Shown one piece after another: positions 63,916 to 64,000 of a stretch of 64,000 nucleotides of DNA. Source of the DNA: Nanohaloarchaea archaeon B1-Br10_U2g19 (GTDB lineage Archaea > Nanohalarchaeota > Nanosalinia > Nanosalinales > Nanosalinaceae). The position numbers were made by a program, and so were the translations under genes. Within the stretch, counting starts at the first letter, position 1. Each line of letters starts with the position of its first letter. Under the pieces are notes generated by a model. That model made no database searches and had not been told where the DNA came from. It worked only from the letters and a program-made list of their open reading frames with translations. The DNA lies in NCBI GenBank assembly GCA_001563905.1, contig LKMO01000002.1, positions 3,397 through 67,396 of the forward strand, in the 5' to 3' direction.

Positions 63916-64000
63916 GGTTTTTTTATTACCTCACAATAGTTAACTCTTAAACAAGTTTTTTAAATATTCTACATAGTCTAGTCAATTTTTCTAGAGAAAA

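Noticed and set aside
1-64000. CRISPR arrays, transposases, integrases and prophage-like genes
   Set aside because: I looked for regularly spaced direct repeats and for recombinase/transposase motifs and found none. The only exact repeats noticed are intragenic (cdc48) or between tandem paralogues (FtsX).

Overview
Gene-dense archaeal chromosomal segment, roughly 40-45% GC by eye. The predicted proteome is strongly acidic (D/E-rich), as in a salt-in halophile. Archaeal markers are a histone, family-B DNA polymerase, RadB, CDC48, topoisomerase IA, type-2 Met aminopeptidase, archaeal-type TyrRS/SerS and RtcA. This fits a small-genome halophilic archaeon, possibly Nanohaloarchaeota-like, but that is inference only. 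About 70 CDS are supported. They include: a split Hsp70 locus (grpE ... dnaK-dnaJ) plus nikR; a 2-oxoacid dehydrogenase operon (E1a-E1b-E2-E3) divergent from an ADP-forming acetyl-CoA synthetase, with malic enzyme nearby; a translationally coupled chorismate mutase / prephenate dehydratase / aminotransferase / prephenate dehydrogenase operon; a PadR / MacB-type ABC / surface-protein / 2x FtsX operon; small thiol-redox genes; and many acidic ORFans. I saw no rRNA, tRNA, CRISPR array, transposase or integrase. The most notable items are: (1) a 502-aa LAGLIDADG intein inside the TOPRIM motif of topA; (2) a 0.5-kb hairpin-dense, GC-enriched non-coding region (11420-11964) with an 11-bp long-range helix and partial RNase P-like motifs; (3) an operonic pair of a zinc-finger/TM/DsbA-like protein and a 4-TM CxxC membrane protein; (4) a PI3/4-kinase-like ORF inside the Hsp70 locus; (5) an eight-gene same-strand block of ORFans at the right end. 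I did not recognise a clear-cut novel multi-gene system. All function calls come from motif reading by eye, with no database search.
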